64,000 nucleotides of DNA, from the IMG/VR virus record IMGVR_UViG_3300037851_000941, positions 13,801-77,800 of that record. One strand, written 5' to 3'. The DNA comes from a virus. Lineage: Duplodnaviria; Caudoviricetes. The translations under genes and the position numbers were made by a program. Positions 10,061 through 20,900 of this stretch are shown in pieces (position 1 is the first letter of the stretch; each line of letters starts with the position of its first letter). Below the pieces are notes generated by a model. It saw only the letters and a list, made by a program, of their open reading frames with translations. It ran no database searches and was not told the DNA's origin.

Positions 10061-10432
10061 TCACCCTTCGTCCTTGCCACCAGAGAGCTTCCCACCCCGC
10101 GCATGACGCGGCGGCAGCACCGTCGATGGCGCGGTGACGCTCGCGGCCCGGGTGGGTACCGACTGCACGGAGAGCTTCCCGGAGCGCACGAAGGCGGCGA
10201 CCGCCTCCACCTGCAGCACCTCGTCGGGCAGGTCGCAGGTGCTCGTCCTCGGCGGCACCCGCAGCGCCCCGGGGTGGACGCGCCGCACGGTGCGCGGCGC
10301 CACGGTCCCGTTCCTGCGCTTGTCGTAGACCTGGATGGCTCGCTGCTCGAAGCCCCAAGCCCCGCGATGGAAGGTGGGGTGGTCGAGCAGAACGATCACG
10401 GCCTGGTTCGTCTCATTGGTCAGCTTTACCAT
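10061..10432 (-). CDS. Hypothetical protein (neck/tail region)
   Basis: 123 aa ORF with SD, co-oriented and tightly packed. Confidence 0.65.
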   Translation of the reverse strand: MVKLTNETNQAVIVLLDHPTFHRGAWGFEQRAIQVYDKRRNGTVAPRTVRRVHPGALRVPPRTSTCDLPDEVLQVEAVAAFVRSGKLSVQSVPTRAASVTAPSTVLPPRHARGGKLSGGKDEG

Positions 10433-10450
10433 CGTCTCCTCCGGGTCCGG

Positions 10451-11677
10451 TCAATCGATCCCCAGCGGGGTCAACATGATCTCCTCGACCTCGGCCGAGC
10501 GGTCGATGACGCCCTCGCCAACGATGCCCGGCAGATCTTCCACATCGAACCCACGGATGACGAACGTACCAGAGAAGGAGCGCAGGTTCGAGTCACTCGC
10601 GCCCCCGGCCACCTTCGGCACCCCGCCGGATGCCCAGTCCATCTCATAGGCGACCTGGCGCCCGCCGGGGTCGGCCGGGTCGGCTGCCATCCGAAGGTAC
10701 TTGTTCCGGTGGAAGAACTTGACCACCAGGGCCAGCAGGGTCAGCAGCTCGGCCTTTCGCTCGGACATCCCGACCAGGGAGAACGTCAGGTCGACCGTGA
10801 ACGGGGCGCGATGGGCCAGGTGCTCCAGGGCCTCCCCGTCCATCGATGGCTCCGTCATCTGCTCGCACGTCGCATAGACCCGGTTCTCGTCCAGCTCGGG
10901 GCCGACGACGGCGATGCCGGGCAGCTCGGCCAGCTCCACTGCCTGCAGGTTCAGCGGCTCGGCGTCGAAGTCGGTGTGCGTCGAGGTCGAGACGTTGGCG
11001 ATGATGCCCAGGCGCATCTGCCGCACCAGCTCGCGCACCAGGCGCTGGAGGTCGTCCTGCTCCGCGAGCTGCACGCGCCGGTAGCGGAGCGCCAGCGGGG
11101 CCGTGACCGCCTCGCCCGGGATGGGCACGCCGTTGTCGTCCAGGTTCTCGACGGTGAGGTCGGCCTTGCCCTCGCCGTAGGTGCGGCACGTCACCGTGCA
11201 GGCGACCGCCGCCTCGTCGGTCAGTGCCTCGTGCGCATCGAGCACCAGCGAGAGGGCCGAGACCGAGCCCACCGAGTAGCTCCGGTTGGCGCGGTCGCTG
11301 TCGTTCGAGGCCGAGCCGGCCACGGTCACGCGCGACCCGGCCACGAACCCGTCGGTCACGAACGAGCCCGAGGCCCGTCCGATGGTGCGTGTGGCGGCGG
11401 TGAAGCTGTGCTGCGCCGCGCTCGACCTGACCAGCACCGGGGGCACGGGGGACGGCGGCAGGCGGAAGAGGAGCCGGTTGGACCTGGGCACCAGCACGTG
11501 CTCGGACACCGCGTCGCCGACCGTCACCCGTACCGTGGGGCCGGGCGTGGGCACCGGCCCCGAGATGACGTCGGGGGTCTCGCGCACGCGGAAGCCGTCC
11601 CCGTAGACTGTCACGAGGTAGCCGCCCGAGGTGGAGACCTCCGACGGCGAGACGGTGAAGATCGATGGGGCGGTCAT
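10451..11677 (-). CDS. IPT/TIG-domain tail completion/terminator-like protein
   Basis: N-term IFTVSPSEVSTSGGYLVTVYGDGF (IPT/TIG-like); position before sheath. Confidence 0.6.
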   Translation of the reverse strand: MTAPSIFTVSPSEVSTSGGYLVTVYGDGFRVRETPDVISGPVPTPGPTVRVTVGDAVSEHVLVPRSNRLLFRLPPSPVPPVLVRSSAAQHSFTAATRTIGRASGSFVTDGFVAGSRVTVAGSASNDSDRANRSYSVGSVSALSLVLDAHEALTDEAAVACTVTCRTYGEGKADLTVENLDDNGVPIPGEAVTAPLALRYRRVQLAEQDDLQRLVRELVRQMRLGIIANVSTSTHTDFDAEPLNLQAVELAELPGIAVVGPELDENRVYATCEQMTEPSMDGEALEHLAHRAPFTVDLTFSLVGMSERKAELLTLLALVVKFFHRNKYLRMAADPADPGGRQVAYEMDWASGGVPKVAGGASDSNLRSFSGTFVIRGFDVEDLPGIVGEGVIDRSAEVEEIMLTPLGID

Positions 11678-11702
11678 GGCCCGCCGATGATAGCATCCCG
11701 GC

Positions 11703-12317
11703 TCAGCGACCCAGCAGCCCCATGGCCGCGTCGACGACGCGCTCCATGATGCGCTCCTGCACCTCCCGCCTGGTGCGGTAGTGCTGGGCGAACACCGGAC
11801 GCAGGAACGGCCGGGCCGGGATCACGATGTAGCGCGTGCTCGGCTTCAGCGAGACGTGGAACACGGCGCGAAAGTAGGCGCGCATCTTGGGCGTGACGGC
11901 GATCTTCTTGCCGTACTCATGGATCTCGCCGAGGTTGGCCAGGCGCTTGCCGTCGCGGGAGCGCGCCGACCGCTTGAGGCCGACGAAGCAGGCCATCGAC
12001 GGGCCGTTGGGCTCGACCACCACGCTCTTGATCAGCTCGCCAGACCGAATGAGTATCTTGGAGCCACGGAACCGCTGCAGACGACGAGCCAGGAGCGTCA
12101 GCCCGGAGTGCGGCTTGAACGCCTGGCCGCCCGGGGCCTGGCTCTTGATTCCCTCGACGATCTGGCGCCGCGCCCAGGCCGCCTCCTGGTAGGTGGCGCG
12201 CATGATGGCGGCCCGGAGCCTGCGCTCGAAGGCGGTGGGCTGCGTGGCATCCAGGGCGCGCTTCCAGTCCCCGACCGGGCGCAGGTTCAAGGACAGCTTC
12301 GGCGCGATGCGGGCCAT
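11703..12317 (-). CDS. Virion morphogenesis / tail completion protein
   Basis: LIRSGELIKSV, EIHEYG, IPARPFLRP motifs. Confidence 0.75.
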   Translation of the reverse strand: MARIAPKLSLNLRPVGDWKRALDATQPTAFERRLRAAIMRATYQEAAWARRQIVEGIKSQAPGGQAFKPHSGLTLLARRLQRFRGSKILIRSGELIKSVVVEPNGPSMACFVGLKRSARSRDGKRLANLGEIHEYGKKIAVTPKMRAYFRAVFHVSLKPSTRYIVIPARPFLRPVFAQHYRTRREVQERIMERVVDAAMGLLGR

Positions 12318-12326
12318 TGGTGTGCC

Positions 12327-12875
12327 CTACGCCCGCGTGGACAGGTCCCGGCTGGCGAAGGTCATCAGGAGCAGGTTGCGCCGGCGGTCGAGCCAGCCCC
12401 AGGCCGGCCTCACCGAGGTCGCGTACATGCCCGGCGGGTCGCGGAAGGTCTCCACCAGGGCGCCGGAGCGCAGGTCGCGCAGCTCGGCCAGCCTGTCGCC
12501 GATCTTCAGGGCCGGCGTGCCGTCGGCCTGCACCAGCCCCTTCGTTTCCAGCTCCGAGTAGTGGAGCACCAGCTCCAGGGTCGAGGAGGGCGCGGCGCCG
12601 GTCAGGCCGGCCTGCAGGCGCTCCACGTCGGCCGGCTCGACCTGGGCCAGCACGTCCACGAGGACCTCCTGCCGAGAGCTGGACCCGGGCTCCGAGCCCG
12701 CGCTGGCCGAGACCTCGGCGACGGTCTCCCGAAACTCGTCGTCGAGCCCGCTCTCCAGGGGTCCGGCCCCGTCCGGGTCCGCCACCGTGGCCACGGGGTC
12801 CAGCCGGGCTATCCGGGCCACGAGCGGGAAGATGAGCCGCCCCCGGGTCACGCCAGCCCCCGGCCCCTGGGGCAT
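12327..12875 (-). CDS. Head closure / head-tail adaptor
   Basis: RGRLIFP..ARIARLD N-term; neck-module position; start may be GTG at about 12851. Confidence 0.55.
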   Translation of the reverse strand: MPQGPGAGVTRGRLIFPLVARIARLDPVATVADPDGAGPLESGLDDEFRETVAEVSASAGSEPGSSSRQEVLVDVLAQVEPADVERLQAGLTGAAPSSTLELVLHYSELETKGLVQADGTPALKIGDRLAELRDLRSGALVETFRDPPGMYATSVRPAWGWLDRRRNLLLMTFASRDLSTRA

Positions 12876-13018
12876 CGACGGGGGGCGCTGGCCCAGCCCA
12901 GGCTGCCCCCGACAGGCTCACCTGAGGGCCTGGGGCACCCCGACACCCCGGGGGCGTCCTGGGGGCTCTGGGGGGCGGTTACAGTGCGGTGCAGTGCGGC
13001 CATATAAATGAATGAGGG

Positions 13019-14080
13019 TCAAACGAACCCGAGGCGCATGGGGCGCCGGTGGGCCAGGAGGATGCGGTCAATCTCCGGGTCGCCCGTGAGCGGGCCGGCG
13101 CCGATGCGGCCGAGCTGGGCGGGGTTGCCGTAGGTGATCTGCTGGTCCCGGGTCCTCACCGAGGCCACGATCCCCGAGCCCGCCTCGCCGGTCTGGCTGC
13201 CCCAGCGCCCCTCGACGAAGCGCATGGAGAGGAGCGTCGCCGCGTAGCGGATGGCCGCCGGGGTCCTGCCCTGGCTCGTGCCGTCGTACTCGGTGAAGCC
13301 GAAGACGCCCTTGACCCGCACGTTCTGCTCGCCCTGCGGGAACACGCGACGCCCGTACACGTTGCGCCAGTAGACCGTCTCCGGCCTGGGCTGGGTGATG
13401 ACGATGCGCGGGTTGGCCCGGTCGTCCGGGTCCAGGAGGTTCTGCGTCAGGTGGCGGTTGTAGACGGCGAAGTCGAGCAGGTCGGCGGTCACGTCGTCGA
13501 TGCCGATCTCCTCGACGGCAATGATCGGCTGCTCCAGAAACATCTGCGCGCCGCCGGAGCCGTCCAAGTAGAACTCCAGCGCACGCGGCTCGAAGAAGCG
13601 CCCGGTGAGCCGGTCGATCTCCCTGGAGGCCAGGTCAATGGCGCGCACCAGCCTGTCGTCCGGGTAGGTGCTCGGCACGCCCTCGGCGCGCAGGTCGCTC
13701 ACGTAGCAGTAGCCGATGGTGCTGGGCGCGGCCTCGCTCAGCACCTCGAACTCCTCGGTGTACGACTGCTCCGGCGACAGCGGCAGCAGCCGGAAGAACC
13801 ACCGCACCTCGTGCGTCCCGATGGGCTCGGTGACGGGCACCTCCCACGACGCGACGTAGTGGCCGGTGCCGAGCTTCTCGCCGATGGGGCACGCGGTGGC
13901 GATGTCCACCGTCTCCCGGCCCGACAGCGGGTACACCTGCACGGGGCTCGCGCCGGTGACCCGCTCGAAGACCTGGAACTCGAGCTGCGAGACGTCGGTC
14001 AGCACGCCGTCAACCGCAACGTACAAGTCGAGCACGGGGTTGGCGCAGTCGCTCGTCTCGCCCCGGGTCAATGCGGGCAT
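13019..14080 (-). CDS. Head-tail connector (gp6/gp36-like)
   Basis: YCYVSDLRAEG, IDLASREIDRLTGRFF, P.AIRYAATLL. Confidence 0.7.
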   Translation of the reverse strand: MPALTRGETSDCANPVLDLYVAVDGVLTDVSQLEFQVFERVTGASPVQVYPLSGRETVDIATACPIGEKLGTGHYVASWEVPVTEPIGTHEVRWFFRLLPLSPEQSYTEEFEVLSEAAPSTIGYCYVSDLRAEGVPSTYPDDRLVRAIDLASREIDRLTGRFFEPRALEFYLDGSGGAQMFLEQPIIAVEEIGIDDVTADLLDFAVYNRHLTQNLLDPDDRANPRIVITQPRPETVYWRNVYGRRVFPQGEQNVRVKGVFGFTEYDGTSQGRTPAAIRYAATLLSMRFVEGRWGSQTGEAGSGIVASVRTRDQQITYGNPAQLGRIGAGPLTGDPEIDRILLAHRRPMRLGFV

Positions 14081-14100
14081 GACGAGGAAGGTAGCACGCC

Positions 14101-14406
14101 CTAGGCGGTGGGATCTATGCCGCTGGCCCGCACGAGCAGGTAGGCCGCCTCGGAGTCGTCGGCCTCGTACTGGACCTGCAGGGTGTCACCGACGCGGGGC
14201 GCCGCCGCCATCTGGAAGGTCGTCTCGTCCTGCTCCTCGAAGTCATCGCCCCCGACGAGGCTCCCGCCGAGCAGTCGCACACCGTTCAGGTGGACCAGCA
14301 GCGAGTCGACGACCATCGGCCCGGTGACCGTGAACGTCGCGGCGATGCCGTCCACCTGCGAGCCCAGGTCCTCGGTGACCGTGCGCTTCGGGAAGCCGTT
14401 GGTCAT
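14101..14406 (-). CDS. Small beta-rich virion protein
   Basis: 101 aa; SLLVHLNGVRL, DFEE..TTF pattern. Confidence 0.55.
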   Translation of the reverse strand: MTNGFPKRTVTEDLGSQVDGIAATFTVTGPMVVDSLLVHLNGVRLLGGSLVGGDDFEEQDETTFQMAAAPRVGDTLQVQYEADDSEAAYLLVRASGIDPTA

Positions 14407-14421
14407 GGCCGCTCAGCCGGT

Positions 14422-14970
14422 TCAGTCGGGATCGCTCAGCGCCTCTTGCAGCTCGGCCAGCACCTCGGCCTTCGTGCCGCGCGGATCGATGTCGAGGCCC
14501 TGCTCCCGCGCGTAGGTGAGCATCTGGGTGCGGCTCATCCCGGCGAGGTTGGGCATGGCCTTGGCGACCGGCTTGCCCGGGGTGGGCAGCGGGCTGGCGG
14601 GGACACCGAGCCGCTTCGGGTCCACCTCGCGGATCTTCGGCATGCCCGCAAAGGCGCTCTTGACCGGGCCTTCCTTCGGGGCCGGTGACGGCGGGGGCAG
14701 CGCGGCCCCGGGCATCGCGCGGCCCGCCATCATGTAGGCGGCGGCGATCTCGGCCCGGGAGATGTTCTCGAACTCGTCGGCGGCAACGATCTGGAAGTAC
14801 GGCACGCCGCTGCTCTGCACCTCGCCCTTCAGGCGCTCGGCCCATTCTTGGGGGACCTCGTACCAGCGCCCGCCCTCGAACGTCCGGCTGCCGATGGTGT
14901 AGCGCAGGGCATGTGCGCCCTTGCGGGGGTCATGCGGGGTCAGCCGAACGTGCAGGGTCTCCATGTCCAT
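14422..14970 (-). CDS. Hypothetical protein with C-terminal HeH/Rho-N-like motif
   Basis: LAGMSRTQMLTYAREQGLDI..GTKAEVLAEL; Pro-rich linker. Confidence 0.65.
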   Translation of the reverse strand: MDMETLHVRLTPHDPRKGAHALRYTIGSRTFEGGRWYEVPQEWAERLKGEVQSSGVPYFQIVAADEFENISRAEIAAAYMMAGRAMPGAALPPPSPAPKEGPVKSAFAGMPKIREVDPKRLGVPASPLPTPGKPVAKAMPNLAGMSRTQMLTYAREQGLDIDPRGTKAEVLAELQEALSDPD

Positions 14971-15025
14971 CCTCCCTCTGTCTGTCTTCGCTCTATCTCC
15001 CCGTCACTCTGCCGCAACGGGGCCC

Positions 15026-15076
15026 AGAAAACGAACTACCCGCCCAGCGCCTACACGTCAAGCACCGGGCGGGTAG
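15026..15076 (-). terminator. Probable intrinsic terminator after the capsid genes
   Basis: 10-bp arms ctacccgccc (15036-15045) and gggcgggtag (15067-15076), followed on the minus strand by ttcgttttct; the loop is long (21 nt). Confidence 0.55.
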
Positions 15077-15090
15077 CTCCCCCGCCTAAC

Positions 15091-15477
15091 TCAGCCCTTG
15101 AGAGTCCTCACGGAGGCCGGCGCCGGCGACAGGAGCACCGCCGCCGCCGTCACCGCATCGGCCGCATTGAAGGTCAAGGTGGCGACACCGGCCGCGAAGG
15201 TGACGCGCACGTACCCGGCAGCCGGGGCCGCCGAGTACTGGATCTGCATGACGCCGGTGGCGGCGCCAGCAGTGGCCTCGACGGCCACGGGCACCCCGGC
15301 CCGCGCCATCGTGACCGTGTGGGAGGCGACCACGACGGTCGTCCAGGAGGACAGGCCGCCGGCCAGGTCGCCGAGGTCGTCCGCCACGTCCCGGAGGGCG
15401 TCGGCGAGCGATGGGGAGCCGTGGCCTGGAACCAGGTGCCGGCCGCCCTTGCCAAAGTCAGTGGTGATCGAGGACAT
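15091..15477 (-). CDS. Putative head decoration protein
   Basis: 128 aa Ala/Val/Thr-rich ORF downstream of MCP. Confidence 0.55.
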   Translation of the reverse strand: MSSITTDFGKGGRHLVPGHGSPSLADALRDVADDLGDLAGGLSSWTTVVVASHTVTMARAGVPVAVEATAGAATGVMQIQYSAAPAAGYVRVTFAAGVATLTFNAADAVTAAAVLLSPAPASVRTLKG

Positions 15478-15497
15478 GGCTCGTCAGGTCTCCCAGC

Positions 15498-15821
15498 CTA
15501 CTGGAGGACGATGCCCTCGATGATGAGGTTCGTGTGACCGGACAGGTTCGTTGCTGCCCCCGTCTCGGCCCCCGGCGCGCCGGAGGTGTTGACGTAAGAG
15601 ATGACCTTGCCGGCCGAGGTGACCTTGAACCAGCGCAGGGCCGCGCCGTCGTAGTGCGGCACGGTGGGCGAGGACACGACCGTCCCGCCGCCGAGCTGCG
15701 ACGTGATGTCGTAGCCCCCGGTCGGGTACGAGGCGTCTAAGGACACGTTGATCTTCGCGTGGCGCACGGGCGCGGAGGGCTGCCCGGTGCTGAGCGCGGC
15801 GCTGTTGATGGTGATGGCCAT
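15498..15821 (-). CDS. Putative head decoration/cement protein
   Basis: 107 aa right after MCP; LDASYPTGGY motif. Confidence 0.6.
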   Translation of the reverse strand: MAITINSAALSTGQPSAPVRHAKINVSLDASYPTGGYDITSQLGGGTVVSSPTVPHYDGAALRWFKVTSAGKVISYVNTSGAPGAETGAATNLSGHTNLIIEGIVLQ

Positions 15822-15852
15822 TATTATGTCTCCTTCGTTTGCTGGCCCGAGG

Positions 15853-16785
15853 TTACACGGCGCGAACGGCAGTGGCCTTCACGACCGCCGGCTCATGGGC
15901 GAACTTGAAGTCCACCCGGAGGCTGACCACGATGACGTAGACGCCGGCCTGAATGTCGCGGTCGGTGTCGAAGCGAATGTTCCGCCACACGCCAAAGAGC
16001 ATGTTGCTTGGGTCGGTGAGCAGCATGTCGGTCTGGTTGGCGCCGCCGCCCAGGTTCGTCGGGAACACCGGCACGTCCACCACCGGGATGCCCTCGAACG
16101 GACCGACCATCGGCGCCTGCACATGCTCGTCGCCCTGCGGCGTCATGCGGTCGGCGATGGACTCGTGGTAGTCGATGACCGCCTCGTCGGCCGTCATGAA
16201 GCGCAGGGCGCGCTTGTCGCGCCGGAACTCGCTGGGCATGGTCTTGAGAGTGTCCTTCAGGACCGTGCGGCTCAGCGTGGCACCGCCCGCGTTGACCGTG
16301 TTCGTGACGGTCTGCACCCGGAAGCCGTTGAGCAGCTTCAGCAACTCGTCGGCCGAGGTGGTGTCGCCATTGATGGCCACGTCCTCGAGGTCCAGTGAAA
16401 CGCGCTCGGCCAGCGTGTCCCGCACCGTCTGCTCGAAGGCCCCGCGCTCGATGGAGTCCTCCAGGGCCTCGAAGCTGACGCGCGTCTCCGCCTTGGCGAG
16501 CTTCGCGTCCAGCTCCACCTTGCTGGTGTCCGGGGCGGCCCGCTGGGCGACCGGGAGCGCCACCGCCTCGGCACCCGCGCGCAGGGCACGAGAGCCGTAG
16601 CGGATCTTCTCCCGCAGCTCCTTGGGGGCCTTCATGTCCACGCGCGTCATGAGCGGCAGGACGGCGCTCCGGTCAATCGCCAGCCGGATGAACCGGTCGG
16701 CCTGTGCTGGCTCGAGCAGTCCTCCGGGCGCGAGCTGCGCGAGGAGGAAGTCGGCCTTCTGAACGAGGTCTCTGTTATCACGCAT
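15853..16785 (-). CDS. Major capsid protein (HK97 fold)
   Basis: GGLLEPAQADRFI, SFEALEDSIERGAFE, LLTDPSNMLFGVWRNIRFDTDRD. Confidence 0.9.
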   Translation of the reverse strand: MRDNRDLVQKADFLLAQLAPGGLLEPAQADRFIRLAIDRSAVLPLMTRVDMKAPKELREKIRYGSRALRAGAEAVALPVAQRAAPDTSKVELDAKLAKAETRVSFEALEDSIERGAFEQTVRDTLAERVSLDLEDVAINGDTTSADELLKLLNGFRVQTVTNTVNAGGATLSRTVLKDTLKTMPSEFRRDKRALRFMTADEAVIDYHESIADRMTPQGDEHVQAPMVGPFEGIPVVDVPVFPTNLGGGANQTDMLLTDPSNMLFGVWRNIRFDTDRDIQAGVYVIVVSLRVDFKFAHEPAVVKATAVRAV

Positions 16786-16839
16786 GTTGTCTTCTACCTC
16801 TCTATTTCAGGGCGACCTTAGGTCGAAACCTTCCCTTCA

Positions 16840-17898
16840 TCACCAGACCCACGGCCCGCCCTGACGACTGCCCCGGCGAGTCCGTTCCTTGTCACCGCCC
16901 TTGACGGGCGGAACATCTGCCTCGGGCCGGCTGCCCTGCGGCATCGGCGTGCTGGCGATCTGTGCGACCTGCGTGCCCAGGGTGTCGAGCCGCTTCATCA
17001 GCTCGGCCAGCTCGGGCACGTCCTGCTGGATCTTCGGCCCAGCCTTGCCGTCCGTGGTGTCGCCGCCGCCACCGATGTTGCCCATCTCGGCCGCCGGCTT
17101 GGGGTCGGGCGTCTGCGGGGTGCTCTCGGCCAGGCGCTTCTCCTCGGGCACCGACGGCTCGACCTCGGAGAGGATGCGCATGAAGCGGGCAAAGGCGTCC
17201 TCGAGGGACTTGACCGCCTCCTTGTACTGGGCGAGGCGACGCACGCCGAGGCGCGCCGTCTTCTCCACGTCATCGGGCGCGACCTGCGGCTCCGGCGAGG
17301 CCGGTGCCGGGGGAGCATCGCCAGCGGCGACCAGCGCGGTGGTGAAGTCCGACACGAAGGAGCGCATCTTGGCCAGCTCGTCGACCGATGCCTTCTCGGT
17401 GCTCGTCACCTCCAGGGACAGCCTGCCCAGCGCTTCGGCCAGCTCGGCCAACCGGATGCCGATGCCGGCCGGCTGCGGCGTCGCGGCCTTCTCGGCCATG
17501 GACGTGGGCGACGGGTAGCGGCTCAGCGCACCGGTGAGCAGCTCGGCGATGGAGCGCATCTCCGACGCGAACTCCGGGGGCATCGGCTCGGCCATCTGCT
17601 CGGCCGTCTCCTCGGCCTCCTTGATCATGTTCGTGAGCGAGACGCCCCGCTCCAGCACCTCGGTCAGGACGCGCAGGACGCTCTCCTTCACGGGGGTCGG
17701 GATCGGGCCTTTCTTCGTTTCGGTGGCTGCACTCTTGTCACTCATCTGGTGTCCTCCAGCGTGTTTCGCGTCCTTGATGACGAGGAACCGTCGGCGATTG
17801 GCGGCACGGTCCACGTAGGACACCTCCTCGGGTAGGATGTCATGGAGCCGAAAACGGGCCTCCGACTCCTCCGTCTCCTTGTCCCTGTCCGTGCTCAT
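16840..17898 (-). CDS. Capsid scaffold-like protein beginning with an XkdF-type EVSxVDxxAN motif
   Basis: ATG 17898 with GGAG SD; EEVSYVDRAANRRRFLVIK then charged helical region; directly upstream of MCP. Confidence 0.7.
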   Translation of the reverse strand: MSTDRDKETEESEARFRLHDILPEEVSYVDRAANRRRFLVIKDAKHAGGHQMSDKSAATETKKGPIPTPVKESVLRVLTEVLERGVSLTNMIKEAEETAEQMAEPMPPEFASEMRSIAELLTGALSRYPSPTSMAEKAATPQPAGIGIRLAELAEALGRLSLEVTSTEKASVDELAKMRSFVSDFTTALVAAGDAPPAPASPEPQVAPDDVEKTARLGVRRLAQYKEAVKSLEDAFARFMRILSEVEPSVPEEKRLAESTPQTPDPKPAAEMGNIGGGGDTTDGKAGPKIQQDVPELAELMKRLDTLGTQVAQIASTPMPQGSRPEADVPPVKGGDKERTRRGSRQGGPWVW

Positions 17899-17953
17899 CT
17901 CCACCGCCTTCGCCGTGCAAATATAGCCGACGACGGGCGGACTAGGGAACAGG

Positions 17954-20900
17954 TCACTTCGAGCGGGCAGCCCGCAGGGCCTCCTTGACCGCCGTGCCGC
18001 CGATGGAATAGCCGTCCAGAGAGCCATTCTTGACTTGCTCCCAGACCTCATCTGGGCCGGCTCGCGTAGCGAGGAACCAGGTGCCGACAGGGAAGTCCTC
18101 CCCACCGTGGCTCTCGGTCACCTTCGACACATACGACTCGAGGACCTTGATGCCGTCTAGCGGCTTGCCGGCGTGCATGATGCGCATGTGCCCGCCGAAG
18201 TGCTCCAGGAAGGCGTGGGCGGCCTTGCGCACCGTGGCCGCGTCGTAGATGTCCCCTTGCGCGTCCACCTCGTCCGGCACCAGGACGACACCGAAGACAT
18301 AACGCTCCTCGGTCTCCGGCGTCGGCTGCTCGGCTTTGAGCAGGCGCACCGGGCGCTCGGCCTTCGCCAGCGAGCCGGGCATGGACTCACCCGCGCGCAG
18401 CAGGCCCAGCACCTCCGGGATCGTGCTGGGCGGGCCGTCCACCACGTCGATGGCCTGCGCCGGGCCGAACCACGAGACGCTCCTGGGCTCCAGGGAGCGA
18501 TGTAGGAACTCCAGCGAGTAGACGCGAATCACGTCCCCGACGTCGGCGGCGAGCCTCCTGTTGCCGGTGGTGCCGATGACGACCCAGGACTTACCGTCGC
18601 GCTCCACGGTGCCCTCCCAGGCGCCATCCTCCGGGCGCACCGGGCCGATGGCGCCCACGAAGTTGTAGACGCCGGGCGAGCCCGCGACCTCGTGGCGCTC
18701 CACGACCAGCGCCCGCAGCTCGCGCACGAGCTTGACCTTGGCCCAGAGGTCATTCTCCCCGCCGAGGCTCAGCGTGGAGCCGATGGCCTTCAGCATCGCG
18801 CCCTCGCTCCCGGGCTGCCGCGCCGCCCAGTCGATGGCATCGCGCAGGCTCGGGCGATCTGCGACGACCCGGAACTCGTCCAGGCAGATGTGCTGCAGCT
18901 GGGCCTTGTGCCGCTCGATCCATCCGTTGAGCGCAGCGCGGCGTACGCTCAGGGGCGCCGTCGTGAGGTTCTTCTGGTCCGGCAGGTACAGGGCGTCGAA
19001 GACGACGAACCGCAAGCCCCGGTCGTCTGGCTCCATGCCGCGCAGGTCTGCCAGCTCGCGGCGCGGCTTGTACGCGCCCGCGTCGGCGTCCCACTCCATC
19101 ACCTCGCCGTCCAGGATGAGGTCGCCGGGCAGCGCAAGCACCTCGCGCTCCAGGCTCGGCCACCGGGCGAGGATGTTCTCCTCCGGCGAGTCCTCGGTGA
19201 AGGCCATTGCGCCGTGCTCGCCCCATCGCTGAAGCACCACGCGGAACCCGTTGAGCTTGGGCTCGACCTGCACCCCCGCCGCCACCAGCTCGTCGGTGAA
19301 CGCCTCGCGGGCAGCCGACTCCGCGTCGGAGAAGGCGGCCGTCCGGCGCGGGGCGGGCTTCGTCGGCGTGAACCGGGCCGGCGGCCGAAGCAGCTCGCGG
19401 TCGCCGCCCCTGTCATCGCCCTCCGTGCGCTCTGCGGGGTCCCACACCTGCACCTCGCCGTCCATGCGCAGGCGCTTGGTGGCGGCATCTGCCTCGGCCG
19501 GCGCCTGGGGTCCCATGGTCCAGATGGCACCGCCGGGCTCCTCGGCCCGGAACTCGTAGGTGCCCTGGAGCTTCGGGCCGCCGAAGCGCACGAGCAGCCT
19601 GCTGCCGGGCTCGTGCTCCAGCAGCTCGGCGTCGCCGCGCTCCTGGATCGTCAGACGCGACGGCGTGGCCCGCGTGGGGTTCAGCGCGATGGTGCCCACG
19701 ACGGTCCCGGGCGGCACGTCGCCGCTCAGCGCCAGCAGCTCGTCGTTGACCGCCGCATGGCGCACGGCGAGCACCTGGGCATCACTAGCCAGTGGGTCCG
19801 TCTGGAGCTGGTAGTTCCAGAGGCCGCCCTCGGGCCGACCGATGATGACGTGGAACACCTCCCGGCCCACCCCGCGCACCACGGTCTGACCCTTGAATCG
19901 CTGCCAGGACAGCGTGTACGGGACGCGGACGGGCAGCGCGACTTTCTCGGCCTCCACGAGCGCGGCGTCGTTGAGCGTCCAGTCGTCGCCGAGCGCCTCG
20001 GTGAGGCTCTTCTCGACGAGGTCGTAGTTCGAGACGAGGAGCGTCGTGAGCACCTTGGGCCCGCCGACGCCGCGCATGGAGCCGATGGTGCGGCTCGGCC
20101 GGATGCGCTTGACCCGGAAGCCCTCCTTCTCGAACCGCGCGGGCAGCTCGCCCCGTGTCCCGTAGGTCACAAGGAACTTGCCCTTGATGGACTTGAGCAG
20201 CGCGAGGAAGCGCGCCTCGTCGAAGTCCGACTCGCCGACGTCCACGTTGTAGCCGGGGTACGGCGGGTCCAGGTAGAAGGCGGTGTCCTTGCCGTCGTAC
20301 TTGCGGACGACCCGTTCGTAGTCGCCGCAGTGGATGCGGACGTTCTTCAGGCGCGGGCCGAACTTCTCGATGCGATCGACGGTCGCGGCCTCGATGCCCT
20401 CGCCCGAGGGGCTGAAGGACCGGCCGCGCAGCTTCCTGTAGGAGAAGTGGGTGACGTACAGGAACCGGTGCAGCTTCTCGACGTCGTCCTTGGGCCGGGC
20501 GTCGAACAGGCGCTTGAAGGTCGCCTCATCGCCGGTCCAGGTCATCTTGCGCAGCCGCGCCACCTGCTCGGGCTTGAGCCGCTTGATGAGCCTGTAGGCC
20601 TCGACGATCTCCGGGTCGGCGTCGTTGATGACCTCGGTCTCGGCCGGGTCCTTGGCGAAGAGCACGGCGCCGCTCCCGGCGAAGGGCTCGACGTAGGTCT
20701 TGTGGGCCGGCAGCAGCGCGACCAGCCGCTCGGCGAGCTTCTTCTTGCCGGCGGGCGAGCCCCAGATGGTCTTGTCGACCAGTGTGGCCTTGGTCCGTGG
20801 TTCCGACCCCTTCAGCACGAACTGACCAGCCTCGACGGCCACGGTGTCCGCAGTGAACAGTCGCGCGGCCACCAGGGCGTCGCGCACGGCGCGCGCCCGC

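Noticed and set aside
17898-18105. Programmed +1 frameshift fusing the giant protease to the scaffold
   Set aside because: The overlapping open frame reads as non-coding-like sequence, no slippery site was seen, and the scaffold has its own SD and ATG
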